The notes: generated by a model not told the origin, from the letters alone. A stretch of 63,995 nt of DNA, filler included, from Folioceros fuciformis (GCA_049999805.1; 7 parts of 7 records of this genome joined end to end with filler, not necessarily neighbours in it), one strand, 5' to 3'; numbered from the whole stretch's first letter, positions 11,219-24,453 are shown. Program-made: numbers and translations.

Positions 11219-12785
11219 AGCTATGACACGGTTTACTGTGAGTGTAGGAACATCTTGGAGAGCGTACACTACGCTTGTCCAAGTTTCAGGCAACGTGGCG
11301 AGGAAGAACACAGCCATAAACTCTTCTTCGAGGTGGACTCCAGCTGCCAGCATTTTCCCTCAAAGGGTCTTAAACTCCAGAACATGCTTGTCCAAGGATT
11401 CATTCTTCTACATTTTCAAACTGGTAAACTGCTGCAGGATATATGTTTGAAGCATTAGGTTGTGAGTCATAAATTGAAAGCACTTCCTGCCACTAGTTAT
11501 GGGCAGTTTCTGTAGCTCCTTGAAAAACATTAATATGGGTGCTTTTCACACTGAAGTGTAGCAGAGTTCGTGCTAACTGATCATGCTCTTCCCATTGTGC
11601 AATTTCATCAGGTGGTGCTGTCCTAGGAGCCTTGGGTGTGGGGACTGGTGGTGTCCCCACACCGTGCACATGCTCCCATAATCTCCTCGACTTGAAGATC
11701 TCTATCATTCGAAACTTCCATACATGGAAGTTTGTCCCGTCAAACTTCTCCTCCTTCGGTATAGTGAGGGAAGGAGTTGGCGTAGTTGCTGGAACTTGCG
11801 CCATGTTTGCAGGCTGCGCTTACACCACCAGAGGAACGAATGTGGCCTTGTAGGAGAATTCCTGGGAAGGCTCAAGACATAGTTGTAGTGTAACTGTAAG
11901 TACTTCAGGTTCTTTCAAATCATACTCCAGCATAATATGATATAGCAGATTCCTTGTGTACTGATCCAGGAGAACTTGTGACAAAGGTGCATTTTTCTGA
12001 GCAAATAGGTCACGGAGGTGATATGAAAGCACAAAATAAGCACTTCTATAGGAAGTTGGAAGTCATAAATGAAAGGTACTCTTAGGAAATTGCAGCATTG
12101 TGTTGTAAATACTTAGGATAAATCGTTGACGTCAAACGTGCTCCAATCGTACCCGTCCAGCGCAGGGAAGCCTTGAAGAACGTTTGTATACATGAGTTCA
12201 AGAATGATGCAGATTTTGCACCACACTTGCTGCCAGCGTGTGGGTGCCAAGGAGCGCAGGTACTCCTCGTCCCTGTCTTCAACCACTGCTGAAGAGACTG
12301 CTGGCGCTGTGCTCGCTTAGCTAGGCGTTCTCTCTTTCTTTGTCCAGGCATACTAAATTACTAACACAACAATGTGCTTGCATTCTTGTAGGCAGAATAC
12401 CTGAAGGCACTTGCGCACAATAAGGAGTAGTAGATTTAAGCAGTCTCGTCCAGAATTAAGAGAAGAGAGAAAACGCCAGCCATCTTAAAAAACAAGAGAG
12501 CACAGGCAGAGCGGGCGGTTGAATAAAGAACTCCATAGCAGTTCGGGAAGCAGGAGCAGCCATAGCCGATCGCAAGCAAGCAATGCGCCATTTTAGAACA
12601 CGCGGGGGATCGACGCATGCTCTGATACCATGATAGGAAATCTTAGAATAGATTAGAAACGCGTAGCGATTTAGCGCACTGGTGCTTACAGGTAGAGTGT
12701 CTTGTAGGCGTGAACGAACGGTTAGGGTTTCTAATTGTTAGTACTTAACTAACCTAAACCTGCCCTAACTACCTACTTTCCATCA
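11219..12785 (-). mobile_element. Ty1/Copia LTR retrotransposon, 5' part (LTR 12631-12785, PBS-Met, extra ORF, gag); cut by contig end
   Basis: 155-nt TG...CA LTR; PBS TGGTATCAGAGCA directly adjacent; gag KFDGTNFHVWKFRM...LWEHV at 11804-11493, continuing to FFLATLPETW. Confidence 0.88.
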
Positions 12786-12794
12786 CACAATATG

Positions 12795-12950
12795 GGAGAT
12801 GGAGGTTATACAAACCCAGCTATTGTATGATGGCTGGCAAACAAGACAGTCAAGATGTTTTCTGCTGCTTGACCATCGCTCAGCTTGGGCTCATCGTCAT
12901 TGGACCCATCACCAAAGTCGAGATCTAGAAGGAAATCAACGTCCTTGTAA
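12795..12950 (-). pseudogene. Probable cytochrome P450 relic (H/I-helix fragment, CYP85-clan-like)
   Basis: DFLLDL...KLSDGQAAENILTVLFASHHTIA resembles the P450 LSDxxIxDNILxxLFAGHDTT I-helix. It ends in a stop just before the Copia LTR. Confidence 0.5.
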
Positions 12951-13017
12951 ACCAACGTGCCATTCCCTCGTCGCCAACCGATAGACCAGAGGTGACGAGG
13001 GAATGGCATGTTGGTTT
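12949..13017. repeat. 27-bp inverted repeat with 15-nt loop
   Basis: AAACCAACGTGCCATTCCCTCGTCGCC (12949-12975) versus GGTGACGAGGGAATGGCATGTTGGTTT (12991-13017); 25/27 Watson-Crick pairs. Confidence 0.9.
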
Positions 13018-13519
13018 TCCCTGTTCTGTATGCCAACTGTGACAATTAAAGATGTCTATAGACCATATAGCGAAGCAATTACAGAAGCTCTCAATCTAGA
13101 TGGCGGATTTGAACAAATTGGGAAACAGCAAAGCAAATAAATGGTGCACAATTTGCACTAGGAAGGGGCATGTGGTTCCTGAACATTCTTTCAAACAAGA
13201 TGTGAGGAAACAAAATGCTCATCAAAGTCAACCAAGAGGAGGGCGAGAGCAATGCTTATTGTAGCAAGTTTGGACACATAGTGGATCCATGTGTATGGAA
13301 GTGGGAATTCTAGTCTAGGTGACTTCACTATCGAAGTGCACCTGTAGCGCTAGGGAGACTATAAATGACCTGTGCTATCACTATGACAATTTAACACCCA
13401 AGTATGAATCACACAAGACCAAAATCAAGTTGAAGATATAGAATAAGAATCCAAGGACAGTGAAAATAACTCTATACTGAGGAAGAAGGTATAAGAAGCT
13501 AGAAGTCTACAAATGAACT

Positions 13520-14341
13520 GGTGCGCACACAAAAATATCTTCGGCGTAGTCAACTGGCTCCTAGGTTGAGGCTTTCCTGGCATCGGCAAAGGGCAACGAT
13601 CAAACTGTTGTGGTCGACCTTAGGGATCCCCCCCAAGTGGAGGGTAACCATCTGGTGTTTCTTTCAAGCTTGCTTGCCTAACGCAAACCGCTGGGACGGG
13701 TTGTTGGTGGCCATAGGGGAGGAATGTTGCAAGCTATGCAGTGTTGGAGCCTCTCATAAAAGCCAACATATCTTCTTTCAGTACAACTATTTGCAAGGTA
13801 TCTGGAACAAAGTTGGCTGGTGGGTACAGAGACTTCTCCCTGAGAGAACCATCTGGGTTACTGAGCAAACTACCTTATTTAGGCTTGATGGGCAGTCGGG
13901 AGGGCCACTACTTCAGCACCAATGGTGGGGAGTGGTATGGTCTTTGTCTCTTTTCTCTTTGTGGCAAAATTGGACAGCAATGGTCTATGGCAGGAGTGAT
14001 CCGGTATCTAGGAAAGCTCTGTTATGGCGCATTTGGGAACAGGTCCTTGTGGTCGTGGAAAGCATTCGAACTTCCGCTCCCACTAAGTTCAGACGGAAAG
14101 AGTGGAAATTAGCAGGTTTCCTCCGACACAATGGCCAGTGGGACCACTCCTACTCGTGGGGCAGGCAAGTCCCATAAGGGCCGGGTTTCTCTTGGTCGCA
14201 GGATAGATCAGATTTGCTAGTTTTTTCAGCTTAGAGTTAGCTTGCATGCTAACTCCTTATTCAGTTGCATACGTAATTGTTGTACCCTTGCTGCAGCCTA
14301 AGCTGCGAATAATCAGATTTTTTGCTTCGTGAAAAAACAAA
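13520..14341 (+). mobile_element. 5'-truncated L1-like LINE (zf-RVT / C-terminal region) with A-rich tail and 17-bp TSD
   Basis: ORF 13521-14177 with LW...IPPK..VTIW...CLP...CKLC......HIFF...W motif; tail AAAAAACAAA; target-site duplication AAGTCTACAAATGAACT at 13503-13519 and 14342-14358. Confidence 0.9.
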
Positions 14342-14584
14342 AAGTCTACAAATGAACTTAGTACTACAACACCAAGAAAAATACAAGGTTAATGTTTACA
14401 TGCCTCTACCTCTCTCAAAGCCCTCCTTATATAAGAAAGAAGGGATAGAATGAGGTACGAATCAACCAATCATAATTATGAAAGTGTTACCTCTGTGGAT
14501 ATGATTGCCATGAGGTTTGTATTTAGAAGAGCAGTACTAGTGAAAAGCAAGATGAACTGGTTTTATTATAGCTTGGACACATAG

Positions 14585-15417
14585 TGTGAAACGGGATATG
14601 AAGATAATATAGTTTAGTTTGTAGATGGAGATGTGTGTGATTGTGCAAGTAGGAGAGAGTAGCGTATAACATGTAGCCTTATCTAGTGATCAAGATAGGG
14701 ATATATATTGGTGGTGGAAGAAAGCAAAGATGAGGATTGATGGATACGTAGCTTCCAAGTGTGTCTCCTCAGCATGGACGATTGTGTAACAATTGGTATC
14801 AGAGCTCGGGAGGAGTAGCTTTCGTCGAAGTGTGGCAGCCCGTTGAAAGGTGCAACTACGACAAGAGGGGGTGTGGCTGCAACGAGAGGGGTTCCTGGTG
14901 GCAGTGGGGGAGGAGGTGGCAGCGGTGGTGCACAAGTACCATCAGCACCTACTCATACCACTGTCACACATTTCAAGGTTGACTTCAAGGACAGAGATAG
15001 GTTTAATGGTAGCGACTACGAAATGTGGACAATCAGGCTTTGTACCATCCTTGAAGAACAGGATCTTCTAGACATTGTTCTAGGAACTAAGCCAAAGCCA
15101 GCCACAGGTTCTCCACCTGCAGACATTGAGGCTTGGGCCAAGGCTGATCGTCGAGCCCGAAGCATCCTTGTTGCAGGTCTGGACAAAAACATGCTGCACC
15201 ATGATACTGCTGCTAAAATGTGGTCAACTTTCGATCAGATGTTCCAAAGTAAAAACTCTGCCTCCATGGTAAATTCCACAAGGGCTTTCTGGCATCTCAA
15301 GATGCATGAAAGTGAACCTATTGAAGCTCACCTCAATAAGTTCAGAGCTCTTAGAGCACGGCTTGCCTCCTGTGGTACCAAATTGGATGAGACACAAGCT
15401 GCCACAGCCTTGCTCAT
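14585..15417 (+). mobile_element. Ty1/Copia 5' LTR, PBS-Met and gag start; cut by contig end
   Basis: LTR ends ...TAACA at 14791 (start approximate); PBS TGGTATCAGAGC at 14794; gag RFNGSDYEMWTIRL...LKMHESEPIEAHLNKFR. Confidence 0.85.
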
Positions 15418-15517
15418 NNNNNNNNNNNNNNNNNNNNNNNNNNNNNNNNNNNNNNNNNNNNTTAATTAATTAANNNNNNNNNNNNNNNNNNNNNNNNNNN
15501 NNNNNNNNNNNNNNNNN
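15418..15517. other. Artificial contig linker
   Basis: N44-TTAATTAATTAA-N44. Confidence 0.98.
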
Positions 15518-18500
15518 ACTTATTGCCTATGTAATGCCTACTTAAATAGACCCTATTTTTTATACTCCCACTTAGGCTATGCACAACCCAACGCGTTAAC
15601 TTGCTGCATTCTTCCTTTTTTTTTTTTAGGTTACCAGCTTGGGTTTAGCCGGCGCTTCCAGTAACCCTCGCGATGAACGGGTTCTTGGCGGCGGCGGCGC
15701 GTTTGCGCTCAATGCTTGCTTGCGCTCTAGGAGGCGATACTTGATGTGTTTGAATCTGGTGAGATGCGCTCCCTGGACACTGATCTTGAGCTATGGTGAG
15801 TGCCCAGTCTTGCGTCTTAGGCTCCCACTGCTTCCTATGTTTTCTGGTGTCTTGATCTGCTCTGTGAAATCGTGTATGCAGGGACTTGGTACCGATGCTC
15901 TACAGCGATGCCTCAGCGCCGGTTTCAAGGATGAAAAATGCAGGTTTAGATTGTCTGGTTGACGCTGCCTAGTGGGCGACCAGGGTTTCTAAGTGTCAAG
16001 CATTTCTATAAGGCCCATGGCCTTGCAAAACTTGTCATGCTTATCTTTAGGGAGAGCTTTTGTCAGGATATCTGCTACATTCTCCCCTGTAGGACAATAC
16101 TGTAAGGTTACATTGCCATCATTGATTACCTGCCTGATGAAGTGGTGTTTTATATCAATGTGTTTAGTGCGAGAATGCAGGACAGGGTTTCGGGCTAATG
16201 CTATTGCTGATTGATTGTCGCAAAGCAGTAGTGTTGGCGCGGTCTGGTTTTCTCCCAGGGAGGACAAGAGTGATCTTGTGTACACCATGTCTTGTGCTGC
16301 TGTGGCTGTCGCAGCATATTCTGCCTCAATAGATGAGAGGGCAACAACATGTTGCTTTTTGCTGTACCAGGATATGATAGTCGAGTTGTACTCATCCTTT
16401 CCAAGGAGTAAACAATTTGCAGAGATCGACTTCCTGGTGTCACTATCTGCAGCCCAATCGGCGTCCGAAAAACATGTAAGTAGCAGCTTCTCTGGCCGCT
16501 TCCTGTATAGCAGACCATGTGTTGGTGTTCCTTTTAAATACCGCATTATTCTCTGAACTGCTGCCTAGTGAGGGCTTCCATAGTTTGTTAGAAATTGGGC
16601 AGTGGCTCCCACTGCGTGTGACAGTTCTGGCCTTGTCCAGTTTCTGCAGTAGATGAGTGTGCAGACAGCAGATTTGTAGGGAACTAACTCCATCTTTTTC
16701 CTTTCTTCTTCTAACTTTGGGCATTGGTCCTATGTCAGCTTATCACCTACAGCTAGAGGGGTTGCAGCAGGCTTGCAATCTTGCATCCTGAATTTACTTA
16801 GAACTCGCTTAATAAATTGCGTTTGATGGATGAAGACTGTATGTTGTGCTAGGTTCTGAACAATCTGAACACCAAGGAAATATGTTAGTTGACCTACGTT
16901 AGTCATTCTAAACTGAGATGTCAAGATACCTTTGACCTTTTCCATGAGTGCAGAGTTACTAGCGATGATGACTGTGTCATCAACATATAACGCCAGGTAT
17001 ACAACTCCGTGTTTGAGTCATACAATTTGTAAACATTGCTGTCAGAGTCACTTTGCAGGAATCCAGAGTCCTTCAGGTATTGGTCGATACGCTTGTACCA
17101 GGCCCTTGGTGACTGCTTTAAGCCATATATTGTCTTTACAAGTCTGCACACTTTGTTTGGATATTTTGGATCTTCGAACCCCTCAGGCTGCCGCATGAAG
17201 ATAGTTTCTTCTAAGGTACCATTTAAAAATGTTGTCTTCACATCCATGTGATGCATTTTGTAGTCATGTTGTGCAGCTATGGCCAGCAGGGTTCTAACTG
17301 AAGTGGCTCTGACTATAGGAGAAAAGGTCTCGTTGTAGTCCAGACCCTCTACCTGGCTGTATCTCGAGCAACAAGGCGTGCCTTTGTACCTAGCAATTGA
17401 GCCATCTTGGGCTAGCTTTTTCTTAAACACCCATTTACAAGTAACAGCCTTGCGGCCCACAGGTAAATCCACTAGTTCCCAAGTTTTGTTGTCTATCAAG
17501 GACTAATATTCTGATTGAATGGCTGTTTGCCATTTTGCAGCTTCATGAGAGTTGATTGCCTCCTTGTAGGACTGTGGTTCTTCTAAGTCCACAGGTTCAC
17601 CTTGGTCCTCTACCAAAAAGGAACTATATGACAAGGGAGGTGTCTGCCACTCATCAGGTGAGGCTGTATGCCTCCTTGCACTCCTTCTTACAGGTACTTC
17701 TGGTACATTCACCTCTGTATGGGCCATTGTTCCTCCTTCCACTTGTGCTGAACCATTGTCACCGCTCGCATGTCAGTGTCATCAGCATCATCATGGTTTT
17801 CCATATTTTTGACACCAAGAACTCGACTGAGCACAACATCGTCAGGGAAGTAGCTAAGTTCCTCAACTTGTGTGTCTTGTGAGCCTGACTGTCCTATGGC
17901 TGGACTGGAGGGTGCAGCTTGTGGAGTGGAGGATTGCCCAGATGGTACAGCTATCTGTGATGTAGCTTCTTGTTTAGGTGACTGTTCATATGAATCTGTG
18001 TAATCTGAATGACTGGTAGTCGCTTGTGTGCTTAGAGGAGTCAGTTGTGGTGGTTCAAGTAATGCAAGTTCGTTAAAGAGCACACTCCTAGCATGCATAG
18101 TGGTGCGAGTATCAGGGTCATAGAGTTTATACCCCTTGATACCTTCAGTATAGCTAACGAACACATATTTCCGGGCCTTGTAGTCCAGCTTAACGTGTTG
18201 GTCCTCTGCCAGGTGAGCATAGGCTGGAGCCCAAAAGACTCGTGACGGTTTATTCTTGGCTTATGTGATGTCCATCTTTCATACGGAGTAGACCAGCAGA
18301 GGCCTTTGTTGGAAGGCGCATCTTTATGTAGTTTGCAGTCGCAACAGCTTCTGCCCAATATCCCCTGGACAAGCCAGATACCTTGAGCAAGGATTTCGCA
18401 GCTTGTTGCAAATGCTTGTTATTAAGCTCCGCCAGTGGGTTTTGTGCTGAGGTATAAGGGACAGTTATCTGGCGAGCAATGCCAAGAGAATGGCAGTAGC

Positions 18501-21500
18501 TGTCGAACTCTTCTGAGCAGTACCCGCCTCCACCATCACTCCTTAAGGTTTTCACCAATTCTCCAGTCTGCCTTTGTGCAAAGGTCACGTATTCCTGGAA
18601 GCAGCCTAATGTTTGGCTCTTGTTTTTTATGAAATAGGTGATGGTGTAACGACTCCAATCATCCACGAAGGACAATATATATTTGGCTCCTCCTAGAGAT
18701 ATGGTGGACATTGGCCCACATAAATCAGAGTGCACCACCTCCAGCAGCTTGGTAGCTCTGGTTGGGTTAGAGTTGGAGAATGGTAGGCGCTGATGTTTTC
18801 CAAAAGCACACGCCTCACAGAACTGTTTTTCAACAAACTTCAACAAGAATTTTTCACGATACAGAGTGTTATCTGCCACCATTGCTTTGATCTTGTCAAA
18901 GTTAGCATGCCCTAGTCTATAATGCCATAACATTGACTGCTGATCCCTCGAGGCTGCTTGACTCACTTGTACAGATGGTGGTGCCAGCCTGAATTTGGAG
19001 GTAAAGTCTAAGGCATACAGGTCATTTATGGACTTGCCTGTAGCTAAGGTTTTAGACTTGTACTGAGGATCAGTAATGAGACAGTCAAGATTTATGAATG
19101 AGATGGCTAGACCATGCTGTTTCTGGAATTTGCTGACTAAAACCAGGTTTTTGACCATTGTAGGTACATGAAGAACATCCACCAGGTTAATGGTGCTCCT
19201 GTTTGTTAGTAAGACGGGCACTTTGCCCATTCCAGCTATGGTGAGGCCTCTATCGTCCCCTAAGAGTACCTCTTGCCCTGGTGGCATTTTAGTAGTGAAG
19301 AAATGATTGCCGATTGTGGCAGATATGTGCTGACGCACATGAATCCAGATACCACACATCATTGACTTGTGTTGTAGCAACCATAAACACTGCAAGGATG
19401 GAGTTCTTTTTCTGAACTAGGTTTCTTTGCTGCAGGTGCAACCCGACAAGACTCATTTGCCTTCTTTTTTCGACATTCGGATTCATAATGACCTGGTATT
19501 AAACACCAGTTGCAGGAGCCCTTCTTCTTGGGAGGAGCAGCCCTTGGACGCTTCTTAGTCATGGAACTGTTGGTGTTAGTCCAAGATTGCTGTGGTGGTG
19601 GCCTTCTAGGGCCTCTCTGTGTGTAGAGTACCCTGTTTGAGGCCTCTCCTCTGTGGGAGGTGCCACCTCGATTTGCATTTCTTGTTGCCTAAAGGACACC
19701 AACCAGGTCAGATAGCATTACAGCTGGGGTCTGACCTGCAGGAGTGGCATTTTGAACTGTGCGAAGCGTCGCACTGTAGCTGGTCACAAAAGTCTTGTAG
19801 CTTTCAAGCAGGGAGAGAAGTAGGGCGATTGCAGCTTGCATTTCTGATGTAGTTGTTCCGCTGGATGTCAATTTGGATCTGAGTGTGCGGAATTTGTGGA
19901 CATGAGCCTCAATTGAGTCTGATTCCTTCATTTTACAGGTATAGAAGGATCGAGTTGCAGTCACCATCGAAGTACCGTTTACAACTTGGTAAGCTTGGGT
20001 TAAAGCATCCCAGACGTCCTTGGTTGTAGCTGCATCTCGAGTATAATCCATCATCGACCCATCTAGTGCAGATTGAATTACACCAAGGGCTCGAAGATCC
20101 TTTTTATCCCAAGCATCCTTTTCTGCTTGAGTTGCAGCAGCTGCAGGTTTTAGCTGTGCACCAGTTACTACTTCCCACAGGTCATGCTCTCTAAGGATGG
20201 TTTTGACTCGAAGAGCCCAGATGTCAAACTGAGTACCGAAGAACCTGTCCTTTTCTTTAAACTCTATTTTTAAGTTGTGCACTGTAGTGTTATGATTTAT
20301 TGTACTAGCTACTTTGGCCTTGTGCCATGTTATTCACCACCTGTGCTGCTAAGGCAGCTCGGGTAGCTTGGGCAAGTTGTGCAGCCCTAGAGGCTGCCTG
20401 CTGTTGTCTGGCGACTTGTTGTTGCTGTGATAGATGCAGGTGAGCATCTATCAAGGCTTGGGGAATACTAGGTCTACTAGTCTGACCTGCTTCCTCAAGT
20501 ACAGATTCCTGATACAAGGAGAGAGGGTCAACAGGTACAAATGGGTTTGGTCCCTCCTCTGGGGAGCTTCTCCCTTGTCCAATACCTCCTGGTCGACCGC
20601 TTCCTCTGCCACAACCTGGTTGATTTCGAGATCCACGACCTCTGCCGGACATCAGCACACCCTGGTGTGTTCACCTTGCAGCCATCACCTCTGCCCTTGG
20701 CTCAAGGTACATTCAAGGAGAGATTTTAGCCTTTGGACAAGTAAACCAAGCTTAATGTCTAACGCTATGAGTTTATTAGCAAGATCTGTCATTTCCAGGT
20801 GTGTTTTAAAGCCTACCGATTTATGAGATCGAAGGTTTCAACTAGAAGCTGGTCAGAGGGAGAGGGAAAAGAACTAAGATTGTCAGTACATTTCTTGCAA
20901 AGAATCGACTTGTTCTTGGACAAAACCTGTGATCTAAGGTCTGAAATTTGTTGTGCCTTATGTATCTCCTCTCTGACCTGCCTTCTAAGATGCACTAACG
21001 GATCTAGCTTGTGCCGATGCACCTGACTTTTGCAAGTGAAGTGCTGATTCGTGAAAACAGGTTTTACAATGCGTGAGAAGAATTGGTTGTGATTCTTATA
21101 TTGTTTTTCGACTGACTAACATGGATGACCAGCGAAAGGATCAGGAGACCGATTTAACCTCCTACCTCTGCCTCTTGGCATGGCATCTATCAGGAATAGT
21201 AATGGTAAACTACCTCCGCCAAAAAGGTGTTAGCCAATTCCCCAAAAATGATCAATGCCTTTCTCAGAGAATTTATGAGAATGCGGAAATGATCATGTGG
21301 CAATTTCTTGACGCAGTCAACGCGTCTGCAGGTGGCGTAAAGCTTAAGTGGGGACAATGGTGAATCCATGCTCTGATACCATACAGATCAGGCTAGGATC
21401 GAATGCTTGGACAAAAGAGATTGAACGCAAAAATTAATTGTCTTGTGCACACGCTCCTCTTAGAGGTAGGAGGTGGCGGTTGGCTGTGTCCCGTCGCGAG

Positions 21501-21636
21501 GACAGCGGTTGGTTTTTAGGGCACGACGTTTAGTCGAGTCCCTTACATTTGAGTCACATCATTTTATGTGACGGTTTGTTAATTAAATTACTTATTGCCT
21601 ATGTAATGCCTACTTAAATAGACCCTATTTTTTATA
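15518..21636 (-). mobile_element. Near full-length Ty1/Copia element A (gag-PR-INT-RT-RH, degenerate)
   Basis: 5' LTR 21382-21636; PBS 21369-21381; gag; CNWC..PGH zinc knuckle; WYLDSCAS protease; LWHYRLGH; VHSDLCGP...LRSDGGG integrase; MDVKT.FLNG...IYGLKQSPRAW RT; SDADWA...RTKHIDIKHHFIR RNase H; PPT 15565-15575; 3' LTR remnant 15518-15564 identical to 21590-21636. Confidence 0.95.
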
Positions 21637-24453
21637 ATGGTGAGCTGTCTAGCTATCCCCCTCTCTTGGCAATACTCTTGAAACACTGCAGATAGGTACT
21701 CTTTTCCATCGTCTGAACGAATGCACTTTAACTTATAGTCGGTTTGTCTCTTTGCATATGCAAGGTACCGCTTGAAGCTTCCAAACACCTCACTCTTATG
21801 GCAAAGCAGCTCTATCACTCTGAAGTGTGACTTGTCATCTTCAAACACGACAAAATATCAAGCTCCTCCCCAAGAGTTCACAGACATCAGCCCAGAGTTA
21901 TCAGTGTGAACCAGGTCCAGCAATTCTATGGCTTTCTTGAGCTTCCCACTGCCAAAGTGTGATTTAAATTGCTTACCATGTACACAGGCCACACACAAAT
22001 CAAGACTAGGGAGCTCCTACACACTAAAACCAGTGACCATCTTCTCTTTAGGAAGTCTCCTCATAGCCTGTATATTGGGATGTCCTAGGTGGCAATGTAG
22101 CTTAAATGGATCTGTTACTTGTGTTGCCAGGCTTCGGACTCACATCGATGACGTTGGCTGATTCAGGTGGGACATCAGAAGCAAAGTCCAGCAAATAAAG
22201 ATCAAACAGAGGAGTCCCTCGAGCAATTATGATTGATGGTGCAGACAGTCTATAAACATGGCATTCGGTGCCCTCTAAAGTAATTCTGTACAGGCTAGTT
22301 TTTCCCAGAGCCATAGTGCTGACCAAATTCTTTGCAAGAGTTGGTACATGCAAGGCATTGTCCAAGAGTAAGTAGCTTCCATCCTTCAGTGTTATTTGAA
22401 TTGTTCCAGTTCCTTTGATAGGAATAGTTGAATTGTCTCCTAACACCATATTTGATGGCAGGTGGAAGATGGCATGTACGTGATAAAGGCCTTACTTTCT
22501 CTTCGAACACATGTGATTAGAAGCTCCGCTGTCCAGAAACCACTTCTGACAGGCTTTCGTAGAAGAAGTGAGACATGCCACCAATAGACCAGGGGTAGAA
22601 GTCCTAACTATATGAGCTTTTGTTTGCCTGCCTCTCGCACTCTCATCTTTAACTTTCTTCCTACAACCCTTTATCCAATGTCCTGGCTTCCCACATAGTT
22701 GCAGTTTCCAGGTTTAGAAGTAGAGTTGGAGGCTAACTGACCAGAGGGTGACGAGGATGACATAGCTTGTCCTCTATCCCTGCCATAACCACCTCTACCT
22801 CTCCCCCTACCTCTACCACGTCCTCTGCCCCTCCCAAAAAACAAGGCTGTATCACTCTGTTTATGTGGAGCATGAGACAAGGAAGAACTACCCTTCATCT
22901 GTTTTCTATTGGCTTCAAATTGCAGCAAGGCTCCTACAACATTCTATACAATAAGGTTAGAAGTTGTTGGGGTAGATGATGTGGCACGTGTGACTATTGC
23001 TGATGTTTGCAGGCTTGAACTGAAGTATTCATAGCTGGAAGGAAGAGAAAGCAACAATTGAACTGCTGCTCTTGATTCTGAGATGATCACTCCACAAGAG
23101 GCAAATCTGGCTCTCAAAGCCCTGAACTTGGAAACGTGACTCTCAACAAGGTCACTCTCTCTCATGTGGAGTGTCTGATACTGCAGTGTGGCTGCAGCCT
23201 CTGCTACCATATCCTTAGTGTCATAAGTCTCTGATAGCAATGACCAAATCTCGTTTGAAGTCTGCGTCATTCTTATATGAAGTATCATCTCTTGAGACAC
23301 GGAAGCCACAAGTATATTTCTGGCCTTCTTGTCCTTAGAATTCCATTCTAACTCGTCCTTTTGTGTCCACCTGTGTACTGTGCCACCAGGTGTAGGGGGT
23401 CCAGAAGGCTGGCCAGCAACTTTCTTAGGTACAGAGCCATCAACAATGTCCATCAGGAGCTTCTCATCAAGGATGCAGCGCACCCTAAAATTCCAGGCAT
23501 CAAAATTATGTGAGGTCAATCTATCCTTTTCCTACAATCTTTCAAATCCAGAGTCAGGATTAGACGACCCCATGATGCCTGTAAGTCACAACTTCTAACC
23601 TAGAGAGGAACAGCCGATAGGCGAGCCAACTGCTCCCTTAGACTGTCTATGTCTTGTTCTTGCTTAGCCATCATAATTAGATCACTCATCCTCTTACTCT
23701 CAAGTCGATCCTATCTTGACTGTAGATTGTCAGCGTAAGTAGAGTACTCCAGCAAAGTACTTCTCACATTCAAAATGGAATTCAGAATAGCATCACGCTT
23801 TGAAAATTTCTCTAGGTATGGCTGAGCATTACTAGAATGTAGAAGACTTGAGGACGATAAGCAGGAGTGCTGATCTTTGTTAACAAATTTTCTCCTTTGA
23901 AATTGCTCAAATTCTGAGTCTAAATCAAGATCTTCTTGTGCAGTTACATGCTAATTGATAAGAAATCTGAGGAATTGAGCCCACTCTGCTCGCTCTTCTG
24001 GGGACGCTCCCTTCTTGAAGAATTTCCTTTCAAATTCAACCTACGCTGTCTGTCAAGATTTTCCCTTCTCAAATTCTAGCCAGGATTGCCTAAGGGAATT
24101 CCTCTGAGGCATCCTCGCTTTTAAGGCTAGGGTTTCAGCAACCCAGATGTGTGCACTCCCATTATTGAAACACAGCAATAGCTAGAGTTAAACAGGAACA
24201 GACAAGTGTACAGGCCACAACGTGGCTTTGATACCAAGATACATTTCATGGAGATTGACCAAGAGATCGGATGCGCGCGCCTAGGCTCGCAAGAACGAAC
24301 TAAACTGATTACATTGCAATGGGGGTGGACAAGGATATCTGATCCAAGTCCCATAAACGGTTACAATCGTCACTTAACTGTCGTTTAGGGTTTCTCATAA
24401 ACAACTAACCCTAAGTATATGACAATGATTAACTAAATAATACTTATTTCTCA
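21637..24453 (-). mobile_element. Ty1/Copia element B, 5' half, interrupted in integrase by element A
   Basis: LTR ~24240-24453; PBS TGGTATCAAAGC ending 24236; gag NFDAWNFRVRCIL; WFLDSGASNHM; integrase IRSDDGKEY...GIARQLTI| at the junction. Confidence 0.92.
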
